This document shows, piece by piece, positions 19,215 to 28,093 of a DNA stretch of 64,000 bases. The position numbers and the translations under genes are program-made. This DNA comes from Thermoplasmata archaeon (lineage in GTDB: Archaea > Thermoplasmatota > E2 > DHVEG-1), in contig JADBLO010000072.1 in the NCBI GenBank assembly GCA_014894395.1, positions 52,674 to 116,673 on the forward strand. Direction: 5' to 3'. Within the stretch, counting starts at the first letter, position 1; each line of letters starts with the position of its first letter. Under the pieces are notes generated by a model. That model saw only the letters and a list, made by a program, of their open reading frames with translations. It was not told the origin of the DNA and did no database searches.

Positions 19215-20318
19215 TTATTTAAAAACTTCTGTGATGACGTCCAGAGGAGCGTTTGTTTTAAACCCGGTTGGAGTACAATGGGTCTTGGTGACGATAAAGC
19301 CTTTGTTTCGTAAGTTCTCAAAGATATGGTCCATGGTCGGTGGCGACTGTTTCAGCAAGGAGGACAGGTCATTGGTTGTGTAGAAAAACGGTGGGGCATC
19401 TGCCTCTTCTTCAAGGAGGTATAACAGTTTCCAGAGCATGTTTTTTGTGTTCAGCTCCTTGGTTGACAAGATGGTTCGTATCTCTTGCAGCACAGGTTTT
19501 TTCTGTAGCTTCCCAAGCCATAAAGGACCAACCAGAGCAGTGTTTTCTTTGGAGAGGGGGACGTCTCTTGCTGAAATACTGAAAAACTGTGCCATGGACG
19601 TATTGGCAGCGTCTTTTCCGTTATTGATTTGTACATACAGTCGTACATAATGATCGGTCGTGTAACAGAGCAGCGGTTCGATGCCGCGGTCGTATTTCGC
19701 AGCCTCACGACACAGACAACCAAGGAGTATTCTCAACCCTATTTCATGCATCGCGGGACCATGAAGCGGCCAGGCTCCATATCGTCGATAACATACCTTA
19801 GGAAATACGCCGCAGAGCGCCGCGGTATCGGTTGCGGTACACGCAATGATTCCTTTGTTGTAGACGCTTCGTACGGCAGCGTCAATAAAATACACGGGTG
19901 AGCCAAACGGGTCGATATCAATGGAGTTGTATCGACGCTCTGAAAGGAGTCCATTGAGATCTCGTTGGAACACGGAGATGTTCTGCAACGAGCTTTTCTG
20001 GATGTTCTGCTGGATGAGTGAGAACGATTGGTCATTCCAATCATTTATCGTTACCTCAAAATCCCCGTTCAGTTCATGGGCAAGCCGGATCCCTCTGATC
20101 CCGGATGCCGCCAGCCCGTCCAAGATATGAACGTGCTTTGTACTCGCATTCAGGAACCACTGATTGACAAGAATGGAGACATCCCGGTTTAATTCCATGG
20201 ACGGGTTATAGAACGGCGTCTGGTCCCGAGTGCTTGGTCCTTTCGCAGACGTCTTTTTTTTATAAACAAAAAGCTCGGTTGTTCCTTCTTTTACAAGATC
20301 GGCTGCTACGTTGGTCAT
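19215..20318 (-). CDS. trm1: tRNA (guanine-26 N2)-dimethyltransferase
   Basis: FYNPSMELNRD, LDGLAASGIRGIR, IDIDPFGSP, TATDTAALCG, GPLWLG, TGFKTNA. Confidence 0.95.
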   Translation of the reverse strand: MTNVAADLVKEGTTELFVYKKKTSAKGPSTRDQTPFYNPSMELNRDVSILVNQWFLNASTKHVHILDGLAASGIRGIRLAHELNGDFEVTINDWNDQSFSLIQQNIQKSSLQNISVFQRDLNGLLSERRYNSIDIDPFGSPVYFIDAAVRSVYNKGIIACTATDTAALCGVFPKVCYRRYGAWPLHGPAMHEIGLRILLGCLCREAAKYDRGIEPLLCYTTDHYVRLYVQINNGKDAANTSMAQFFSISARDVPLSKENTALVGPLWLGKLQKKPVLQEIRTILSTKELNTKNMLWKLLYLLEEEADAPPFFYTTNDLSSLLKQSPPTMDHIFENLRNKGFIVTKTHCTPTGFKTNAPLDVITEVFK

Positions 20319-20320
20319 GG

Positions 20321-20881
20321 TTAAAACAAGGGCGGGAGTTTCTCAGCCATGATTTTTTCGATCTTATACGGAAGCAGATTCCGGTTCACCGCGGTCACCT
20401 CAAGGATGCGGATATCATCCCGCCTGCGGATATCCTGCAGGAGCGGTGTTCGTGATTTCTTATGCAACGTCACCATAATCGGTTTATCAGAATCAAGCGC
20501 CTCAATGACCATCTCACAGAACTTCTCAGAAAGCATCTCCATCTTCCCGATTTCATCGATGACAATGATATCAGTGTCTTCATCGTTGATCGCTTTTTCT
20601 ATCGCATGCACACCGACTCTCTCCAGTGCAGCGAGGTCAACGCCGTATTTCCCAACCTTGTCCTTGGAATCCAGGTCAAGACGGGCAAAGACTTCTTTTT
20701 CTTTGGTCTGCCAGTCCTCCACATACAAACCCACCCGTTTTTTCTTTTCAATAAGCGGTGTGGTGATCATCCCTTCAAGTTTATAGCCACTTTTTTCAAT
20801 TTTCTCGATGATTTTGATGAGCGTCTGGGTTTTTCCGACGCTTGGCATGCCTGTAATGCCAATCTTTGGTATATCGTCCAT
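20321..20881 (-). CDS. Nucleoside triphosphatase (NTPase_1/THEP1 family)
   Basis: ITGMPSVGKT Walker A, VGKYGV, VIDEIGKME. Confidence 0.9.
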   Translation of the reverse strand: MDDIPKIGITGMPSVGKTQTLIKIIEKIEKSGYKLEGMITTPLIEKKKRVGLYVEDWQTKEKEVFARLDLDSKDKVGKYGVDLAALERVGVHAIEKAINDEDTDIIVIDEIGKMEMLSEKFCEMVIEALDSDKPIMVTLHKKSRTPLLQDIRRRDDIRILEVTAVNRNLLPYKIEKIMAEKLPPLF

Positions 20882-21048
20882 AATAGCAGTATGTAATGCA
20901 ATTTTTGTTTAGAAATGTTTGGATTGAATTCGAACAAAAAAAATCTCAAATGTGAAAAATATCCATTTCTGGAGAAGTTTTACCTCATCTACCTCAAAAT
21001 ATTTATAATATACCTCTCATAATTATAGTGTTGTAAAGACGGTTGAAC

Positions 21049-22680
21049 ATGAAAAAAATAGCGGTCATCCTCACCATAGTCATTCTGTTAACCCCAGTCT
21101 TAAGCATACCTACCTCAAGTTCAGGTCCGATTATTGGAAAAACAGAAGATGCTACTTCCGGCGAAATCATTGCATTATCATGCTCTGATCTGTATCCGAC
21201 GTTAGGCGAACCTGTTTATCTCTCAGTCACGGTGGCAGGAAAAACAAGGGAACGATTCAACGAAACAGTTAGTATGACCGATGAGTTTCACGGATTGATC
21301 GCCACAGCGGGTGAAATGACGTGGCTCTCCGGGAATGTAACGGTAAGTCAAATTGTCATGAATGTTGGAAAGTTACTTAGGTACACCAAGAAAATAGCGT
21401 GGTATCCTTCTGTCGTCGGGAATCATACGTTCCATGTTGTTGCAGGAACATTCCCTGAGAAACAACTGAACGTAAGTGTTGGTTTTGATGTCGAAGGGAT
21501 CATCGCCCCTTCCTTGGGATGCCCATCCATTATTATCAAGAACAACACAAATCAGTTTGCAGTAACAATCTCAGAAGAACGAAACACGACGGAAGAACCA
21601 GCCCAGATACTTCAGGTAGAATTACAAACCATTGACGGTACCACTCACTATCACGTCGAGAATCAAACAGCGACATGGCGTACCTGGGTCAAAACAGGGA
21701 TAAACATCCTCGAAGAGGAACTGATCGTTTCGTATACCATAGACAGCATCCCCGATGGGTTCTACAATATTTCCGTGACAACAACAAAAGAGAATTACGC
21801 CTGGCCACACGCGGTAAAAATACTGAACACAGAGCCAACCGAGTACACGGTTGTTCAACTCACCGACCTTCATATCGGAAAATACGTTAATTTCGTAAAC
21901 AAGAAAAAGGAACTCATCCGCCTCATCACCTACCTAAATGAGAACATCCACCCTGATTTCGTCATCCTATCCGGTGATTCAGTGGATTGGTACAACCAGA
22001 AATCTCATCGGAATGTCTATGCTGATCTGCAAGAAGCACTTCTCACCTGTAACGTACCGGTCTTTACCACACCAGGGAACCATGAGCGGTACGGCAACAG
22101 CCTCCTCGTCTTATACTCTCCATTTACCAATCTTATCCCCTATCATCGTTTTCTGAATCCTCTGAGCGATTATTCGTTTGAATATGGGAACGTAAACTTC
22201 GTGTTTCTTGATTCAGGGTATGACTATAGCAGATGGGAAATCCAACCGCAAATCTGGAACACGACACCAGAAGGAAGCGGTCTGACGACAACCCAGATGT
22301 ACCTTCTTGAAAACACTTGGGGAATTAAACAGATGAATCAGATTATAATCATGCATCACCCCGCGGTCAATGATAGGAATGATACGGGGTTGGGTGCGTT
22401 ACCAAACGACCTCCCCAGTGGCAATGACGAATGCATCGCGTTCAACCGAGGAGCATTCATCACGTACTGTTTCGCGAATAATGTCTCCCTGATTCTCACC
22501 GGGCAGACGCATGAAAACCATATGTTCAACTCTCAAGGAAAAGAGACCAATAACTACTCATCATGGCCGTTATTCGTCCAAACAGACTCTGCAACCATGA
22601 ACGGACAGAACAATGGAGGACGCGCCGTCCACATCAAAAACAGTGCTGTTCTCAATTACGAGTACGTTCCGTTCCGCTAG
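21049..22680 (+). CDS. Secreted calcineurin-like metallophosphoesterase with N-terminal beta-rich domains
   Basis: Signal peptide; TDLHIG, GDSVD, PGNHE, MHHP motifs; last motif reads GQTH. Confidence 0.8.
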   Translation: MKKIAVILTIVILLTPVLSIPTSSSGPIIGKTEDATSGEIIALSCSDLYPTLGEPVYLSVTVAGKTRERFNETVSMTDEFHGLIATAGEMTWLSGNVTVSQIVMNVGKLLRYTKKIAWYPSVVGNHTFHVVAGTFPEKQLNVSVGFDVEGIIAPSLGCPSIIIKNNTNQFAVTISEERNTTEEPAQILQVELQTIDGTTHYHVENQTATWRTWVKTGINILEEELIVSYTIDSIPDGFYNISVTTTKENYAWPHAVKILNTEPTEYTVVQLTDLHIGKYVNFVNKKKELIRLITYLNENIHPDFVILSGDSVDWYNQKSHRNVYADLQEALLTCNVPVFTTPGNHERYGNSLLVLYSPFTNLIPYHRFLNPLSDYSFEYGNVNFVFLDSGYDYSRWEIQPQIWNTTPEGSGLTTTQMYLLENTWGIKQMNQIIIMHHPAVNDRNDTGLGALPNDLPSGNDECIAFNRGAFITYCFANNVSLILTGQTHENHMFNSQGKETNNYSSWPLFVQTDSATMNGQNNGGRAVHIKNSAVLNYEYVPFR

Positions 22681-23348
22681 CTTTTCTTCTTTTTTATACG
22701 GAGATAGAACGGTCCGATAATGATGTAGGAGACAAGCGCTGCGAGAAGCAGAAGTGGTGCGATATTGTTATACATGCTGTCAAGCAGGATAGTGGCAACG
22801 ATAAAAACAGCGGCAACACAATCCATTTTCAACCCTGGTTTTGGGAAACGAATCGATGAAATCATCGCAAGTGCGAGGATAATAATAAAGGGGAGAATAT
22901 ATCGGACATCTAGTTTCAGAAATGAGGTTAACACAAGGAACACCGCACTCGCAGAAGTCGGCAGACCAATAAAGAAATGTTTTTCTTTCAAGAGAGAAAA
23001 TGATGAGAGGCGAATCATGCTGCATATCAGTGAGAAAACAAGCACGACGCCAAGAAGGAGATGTAGTGAGAACTGTGCGACGACAACGTCGTAATAGGTC
23101 TTGTAGAGAAGAACAAGGGGAGCAACCGACAATGAAATCATATCTGCAATGCTTTCGAGATACTCCCCCATTTGCCCGTTCCCCATACGCCGGGCAACAA
23201 TACCATCCAAGCCGTCAGCAAGCAGACCCAGAAGGATAAAAGCAGCAGCAAGTTGGAATTGATTGGAAAATACCATGAGGATAGCAAGGAAACCCATTAC
23301 CGCGTTCATGGTGGTGATGAAATCTGCAAGAGACAGTAGTTTAATCAT
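22677..23348 (-). CDS. pssA: Archaetidylserine synthase (CDP-alcohol phosphatidyltransferase, PssA)
   Basis: ADFITTMN, DGLDGIVAR...GEYLESIADMIS (CDP-alcohol motif variant), FIGLPT. Confidence 0.85.
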   Translation of the reverse strand: MIKLLSLADFITTMNAVMGFLAILMVFSNQFQLAAAFILLGLLADGLDGIVARRMGNGQMGEYLESIADMISLSVAPLVLLYKTYYDVVVAQFSLHLLLGVVLVFSLICSMIRLSSFSLLKEKHFFIGLPTSASAVFLVLTSFLKLDVRYILPFIIILALAMISSIRFPKPGLKMDCVAAVFIVATILLDSMYNNIAPLLLLAALVSYIIIGPFYLRIKKKKS

Positions 23349-23991
23349 GGATTTCTGCAATGGTATCTTCTCCAGCTTTTATTTTGTTAGTTACCTGAAT
23401 CGCAAGTGGTTTAATTCTTTTTGTTGGAAGATAAAGGTCAACGCGAGAACCAAGACGGATAAGCCCGATTTTTCCTCCTTTTTTCACGGGATTTCCTTTC
23501 GATACATAAGGGACGATTCGACGTGCAAGGGTCCCTGCTATTTGAACAATTTTTATCCGCCCGATATCCGTGTGAATAAGCAGAACGACCCGTTCATTTT
23601 TTTCAGATTCTTTTTTGAACGCTGGCAGATGAGCTCCTCTGTAATGGGTGATTTCTTCAATGGTTCCATCCAGAGGCATACGATTCACATGTACATTATG
23701 AATATTCATAAACGTAGAAATTTGTATACACTCTCCAACCTCGGTATCATGTATGGTGGTTATTTCCCGTATCTTCCCATCAGCAACCGCGACAACACCA
23801 GGACCGATAATTCGCTCAGGGTCCCGGAAAAAAACGATCAAAAGACAAGATATCAAAAAGAAAAACACAGAAACAACACCTAAAAAGATCAGCAAAAGTC
23901 CCGTCGAGAAGAATGATGCACCGATACATACAAAGGTCACCGCAAACGATGCCAGAACCCAGGAAAAACCACCGTTAGCGATGCGCATCAT
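23341..23991 (-). CDS. psd: Archaetidylserine/phosphatidylserine decarboxylase proenzyme
   Basis: FFRDPER, STFMNIHNVHVNRMP, NER, QIAGTLARRI, IRLGSRVD self-cleavage site. Confidence 0.93.
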   Translation of the reverse strand: MMRIANGGFSWVLASFAVTFVCIGASFFSTGLLLIFLGVVSVFFFLISCLLIVFFRDPERIIGPGVVAVADGKIREITTIHDTEVGECIQISTFMNIHNVHVNRMPLDGTIEEITHYRGAHLPAFKKESEKNERVVLLIHTDIGRIKIVQIAGTLARRIVPYVSKGNPVKKGGKIGLIRLGSRVDLYLPTKRIKPLAIQVTNKIKAGEDTIAEIHD

Positions 23992-24928
23992 GTTTCTTCC
24001 CCAAAAGCCGCCCAATAAAAAGTTCTACAGGTCCTCTTCGTTTCGGCAAATCGATGATGCCGACGATCTCATCATACAACTCCGGAACGATTTTAAAGGT
24101 GACAAACAACAGGACAATCAGGGCTAGTAAGGATCCTGCTTTTCCAATCACATTATGGGCAAGCTCAAAAGAGACCATGCCGCTTCCCACCATGAACACG
24201 ACACCTGCGTTACGAACCAGATTCAGGAAGTAAATCGGGACGACCGTCACCAACAACCCGAGAGCCTTTCGTTTCATATTCACGCGCGATAATGCTCCGA
24301 TCATGCCAACAAACAGGACCATGGATTGAATAGCAGTACAGGCAAAGATAATGGTCACCGGTGTGTTGTTATAGATGATAAGGGTCTGATTCCTACTGGC
24401 GTTGACCCCGAAGAGATGCAAGAGATCCGTACTTTGCGCGGCAACAAACTCGATTAACCAATCCTTCAGGCCAGGGACGATACCATTTTCAATCGTAAAA
24501 TAGATGATGCCTGCAAGAAACGTGCCGCCAGCAATCCAATTCAAACACGAGACATGGTCGTTTCTTATTATCGAAAGCCATTCATGGTACGCCATATACA
24601 TGAGCACATACACGCCAATGATGCAAACTGCTGCGTTGAAGACATCACCGCCCTCAGAAAAATACAGGAAGCTCGGCATGGTAGCCCAGAAGAACGCAAC
24701 CATGCCCCATCCGACAATTTTTAACATACTCGCGGTGTTTTTCCCTTTGAAGAAAAAACCAGCTCCCAGCAGAATCAAACCCAGAAACAAGGGGATGAAC
24801 GAAAGCTGTCTTGCGAGCAACGACGGTGGGTACGGGAAGAGAACATACCCAAAAATCAACATAATCGTAGGTATCAGAAAAAAAGAAAGAACAACACGCC
24901 CATTGTTTTTTTCAGATGGTGCTGTCAT
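23975..24928 (-). CDS. artA: Archaeosortase A
   Basis: Multi-TM; IIFACTAIQS (catalytic Cys), LNLVRN (Arg), AHNVIGK; in an operon with psd/pssA. Confidence 0.85.
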   Translation of the reverse strand: MTAPSEKNNGRVVLSFFLIPTIMLIFGYVLFPYPPSLLARQLSFIPLFLGLILLGAGFFFKGKNTASMLKIVGWGMVAFFWATMPSFLYFSEGGDVFNAAVCIIGVYVLMYMAYHEWLSIIRNDHVSCLNWIAGGTFLAGIIYFTIENGIVPGLKDWLIEFVAAQSTDLLHLFGVNASRNQTLIIYNNTPVTIIFACTAIQSMVLFVGMIGALSRVNMKRKALGLLVTVVPIYFLNLVRNAGVVFMVGSGMVSFELAHNVIGKAGSLLALIVLLFVTFKIVPELYDEIVGIIDLPKRRGPVELFIGRLLGKKHDAHR

Positions 24929-24990
24929 GCAGAATCGTTCCCCTTATTCTAAACCTAGTTTAAGACAGTTATGTGAAAGTAAAGATCATC

Positions 24991-25177
24991 TTAGAAATCG
25001 CCTCCTTCGAAATATTTCACGATGAATGAAGTTGAGATGAAGGAGAGGAGTGGACAGAAGATTGCAACATCAATATAGGCAATTTCTCGGTACGTAGCGC
25101 CGAACGCGATCATGCAGACAATCACCATCGTGTTAATAATATCAACTCTGACAACAACGGTCAGGTGCAGTTGGTTT
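24991..25177 (-). pseudogene. mnhF: Relic of Mrp/Mnh antiporter subunit F
   Basis: KPTAPDR, one extra T, then VVRVDIINTMVIV...YREIAYIDVAI...LLSFIST..IVKYFEGG. This matches the MrpF pattern GPT.PDRVVALD.INT...YIDIAI..ALLSF; no start codon or N-terminus. Confidence 0.65.
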
Positions 25178-25184
25178 GTGCAAA

Positions 25185-25230
25185 TAAAAAAAATCAGTAT
25201 AAGAAAAATAAAAAAAAAAGAGAAAAGAGG
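25185..25230 (-). terminator. Oligo-T tract, probable archaeal terminator
   Basis: Long T-rich run on the minus strand immediately after the stop of the 25235-26248 gene. Confidence 0.5.
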
Positions 25231-25234
25231 GAGT

Positions 25235-26248
25235 CTATTTAACTCCGAGGACAAAGGGGCCGAGAACAAACGCGGTTGCGTTTTTCTCAGCTGTTTTTCC
25301 CTCATCGCAGGTTGCTGACACGACGATATTTGTTTTGCCGATGCCAAGGATGAAGCCTGCTTTGATCGGTGATTCTGCTCCAGCTGCAATGGTTGCAATC
25401 GAATCCGAGCTTGTTTTACCAACGAAAACCAATTTTCCGTCGAGACTGATGGTCCAAACGACATTCGTTGCATCTGCATCTCCAGTGTTTTTCACTGATG
25501 CTTTCACACCGAATCCACCAGTGATTGGTCCGATTTCTAATTCTGGGTTAGTGGGTGCTTCTGTTGCCCAGACTGACAGGTCATCAAAGTATACAGCGGA
25601 TCCACTCTCCCCCCAAAGATCTACAGCATCGAGTTCAAGAATACCGGGAGTACTCGTACCTTCCGTCCAACTCTTGGAAAGCCAGAGTACATCATTATAA
25701 TAGACTTTTTGCCAGTCGTTGATAAAATCGATTTCTACTCGAACTTCTCCCCATCCATCTATCACGTAGGGTGTCGCGTTGATACTGTCGGAATCCTCTA
25801 GCATAAAGGTGTCAGAGTTGAAGTGTATCTGGAGATCCCATTTTGACGAAGCGCCATTATACAGGCTCAACAAAATTATGTAGATCGATCCTTCAAAATC
25901 CGCAGGTACATATGCCCAAGCCCTGAATGTACAATTTCCAGTGTTGACGTTATCCCATTCATGAACCATATCACATCCGCTCTTGATTTCAACGGAGTTG
26001 TTTGGACTATGGGATTGAACGCTGGTTACATTTGCATCAGCTGCAGGAGCATTATCCCATGGGAACCAACCACCCTGTCCGCCTAAAAGAGTACCGGCTG
26101 TATAAGAATCAAAGTTTTCGGACCAGACGGCCCCTCGTGATAAGGTTCCGCTACTCCCTGTTTGGTTGTTCTGAGCGTTTGTTGTCGTGGTAAATACACT
26201 AGCTACAAATAGGAGTATCACTCCTATTACTAATAACTTTTTTTGCAT
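25235..26248 (-). CDS. Secreted protein: probable ConA-like beta-sandwich plus C-terminal CARDB/Ig-like domain
   Basis: Signal peptide MQKKLLVIGVILLFVASVF; SENFDSY...YFDDLSV beta domain; C-terminal VKNTG...NVVWTI... domain ending AFVLGPFVLGVK. Confidence 0.8.
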   Translation of the reverse strand: MQKKLLVIGVILLFVASVFTTTTNAQNNQTGSSGTLSRGAVWSENFDSYTAGTLLGGQGGWFPWDNAPAADANVTSVQSHSPNNSVEIKSGCDMVHEWDNVNTGNCTFRAWAYVPADFEGSIYIILLSLYNGASSKWDLQIHFNSDTFMLEDSDSINATPYVIDGWGEVRVEIDFINDWQKVYYNDVLWLSKSWTEGTSTPGILELDAVDLWGESGSAVYFDDLSVWATEAPTNPELEIGPITGGFGVKASVKNTGDADATNVVWTISLDGKLVFVGKTSSDSIATIAAGAESPIKAGFILGIGKTNIVVSATCDEGKTAEKNATAFVLGPFVLGVK

Positions 26249-26434
26249 TTTTTCTTTCGCCTCCTTACAATACTTCCCAATAATTAATAGTATATAGTAA
26301 TATTTATAACTATCTCCCGATACAGAAGGAATACATAGACGAGAAATCTACGTTTTTTCTTTGGACTAACCGAAACCCTGGTGTTCATCAAAACTCTTAA
26401 ACGGTTCATGATATAAGGGGTATGGGGAACGGAC

Positions 26435-27097
26435 ATGAATGTGAAAATCATTGGATGTACATCGGATCCAGAAAAGTTACCTGCAATGGCTGCTACCCTG
26501 ACCCATAGTAAGATAAAACCAGAGGATCTTGACAAAATATCAGAGAAGGAACAGTCAGCAGTCTTGGAGCAAGTCTTAAAACTCGGGCATACCAGTGTCA
26601 TCGAGCATGCCTCGTTTACGTTCGCGATTAGTGATGTAAGCAGGTCGCTCACCCATCAGCTGGTGCGGCATCGCATCGCAAGTTTTTCTCAGCAAAGTCA
26701 GCGGTATGTAAATCTGAATGAGCCAAACTACGTGATTCCACCTTCAATTGGGAAGAACAAGAAGACGAAGAAAGCCTATGAAGAAACCATGGGGATTATC
26801 TGGGATCATTACAATAGATTACTGGAACTGAAGATACCCGCGGAGGACGCGAGGTACGTACTTCCAAATGGTACATGTACAAATATAATGGTAACGATGA
26901 ATGCACGTTCATTACTGAATTTTTTCGAGCTTCGCTGCTGTCTTCATGCACAATGGGAGATCCGCTTGCTTGCGAATAAAATGCTTCAAGAAGTAAAGAA
27001 GGTCGCTCCGATGATTTTTAAAAACGCGGGTCCTTCATGTACAACAAAGAAGATCTGCCCAGAGAAGAAGAAAAATTGTCCGCTTTATCCAAAGTGA
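26435..27097 (+). CDS. thyX: FAD-dependent thymidylate synthase
   Basis: GHTSVIEH, RHRIASFSQQSQRY, EDARYVLP, TMNARSL, AQWEIR. Confidence 0.97.
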   Translation: MNVKIIGCTSDPEKLPAMAATLTHSKIKPEDLDKISEKEQSAVLEQVLKLGHTSVIEHASFTFAISDVSRSLTHQLVRHRIASFSQQSQRYVNLNEPNYVIPPSIGKNKKTKKAYEETMGIIWDHYNRLLELKIPAEDARYVLPNGTCTNIMVTMNARSLLNFFELRCCLHAQWEIRLLANKMLQEVKKVAPMIFKNAGPSCTTKKICPEKKKNCPLYPK

Positions 27098-27103
27098 GAT
27101 GGC

Positions 27104-27757
27104 ATGAAACGACCACAGGTCATTATAAATTGTGCGATGTCTGCTGACGGAAAAATAGCGTCACCGACACGAAAGCAGATGCAGATTTCCTGTGATGAAG
27201 ACATCGAACGGATGTACCGGCTTCGCAACAAGTGTGATGCAGTGCTGGTTGGGATTGGTACGATTCTAACTGATGATCCGAAACTCACCGTCAAAGAAAA
27301 ATACGTAAAACATCCAAAACAACCGTTACGGGTTATCCTTGATAGTAAAGGAAGAACGCCAGCTCATGCGTTGGTGTTAAATGATGTGGCAAAGACATTG
27401 ATTATTACTGCGAAAGGAAAGGAGAAAACATACAAAGGGTCACATATCGAGGTCGTCAGTTGCAAGACCGATAGAAACGGGTTCATAGATGTGAAAGGTG
27501 TTCTGGATTTTCTCTATCGGAAAGGTATTCGGACGCTTCTCGTAGAAGGCGGCGGCACTGTCATCTGGAATTTTCTGAAAAACAAGGTTGTCGACGATCT
27601 CTATATCTTCATCGGATCCTGTATTATCGGAGGGAAAGAGACACCGACGGTTGCAGAGGGCGAAGGGATAAAAGGTGAAAAGGATAGTATTCCTTTGAAG
27701 ATTGTTGAGGTGAAACGAATAGGATCCGGCTTGTTGATTCATTATCAATCGCAATGA
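27104..27757 (+). CDS. 2,5-diamino-6-ribosylamino-4(3H)-pyrimidinone 5'-phosphate reductase (RibD C-terminal/Rib7 type)
   Basis: AMSADGKIA, AVLVGIGTILTDDPKLTV, RVILDS, LLVEGGG, IIGG. Confidence 0.9.
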   Translation: MKRPQVIINCAMSADGKIASPTRKQMQISCDEDIERMYRLRNKCDAVLVGIGTILTDDPKLTVKEKYVKHPKQPLRVILDSKGRTPAHALVLNDVAKTLIITAKGKEKTYKGSHIEVVSCKTDRNGFIDVKGVLDFLYRKGIRTLLVEGGGTVIWNFLKNKVVDDLYIFIGSCIIGGKETPTVAEGEGIKGEKDSIPLKIVEVKRIGSGLLIHYQSQ

Positions 27758-28093
27758 TGAACAAAATCATTTCCTTTGTGTTCTTTGTTGGTTTTTGAAC
27801 GAAATGATTTTTTTATTTATATGTTTTCTACTTTTGGCCAAATTTCTATGAGGAACCTTTATTATTCTAATTATCACTTCAGATTTCACGGTCTTTTGAA
27901 TCAATTTTCACCATGTACGTATGTCCGTAATGATAATTAACTATAAAAAAAATTTAGATTTATTTTAAACGATGATTGAATATACGCGTTTTCTTGAAGA
28001 AGACAGAAAGAATTTTCTCCAAAAGAATGTGACTGTTGTTCACTGTCGACACTGAAAACCTATAAATATTGTACTTCCAATCACCGTTCGCAC

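Noticed and set aside
27750-27830. ATGATGA as a C/D-box sRNA box C
   Set aside because: It is the gene's stop codon region, and no CTGA box D lies at a suitable distance.
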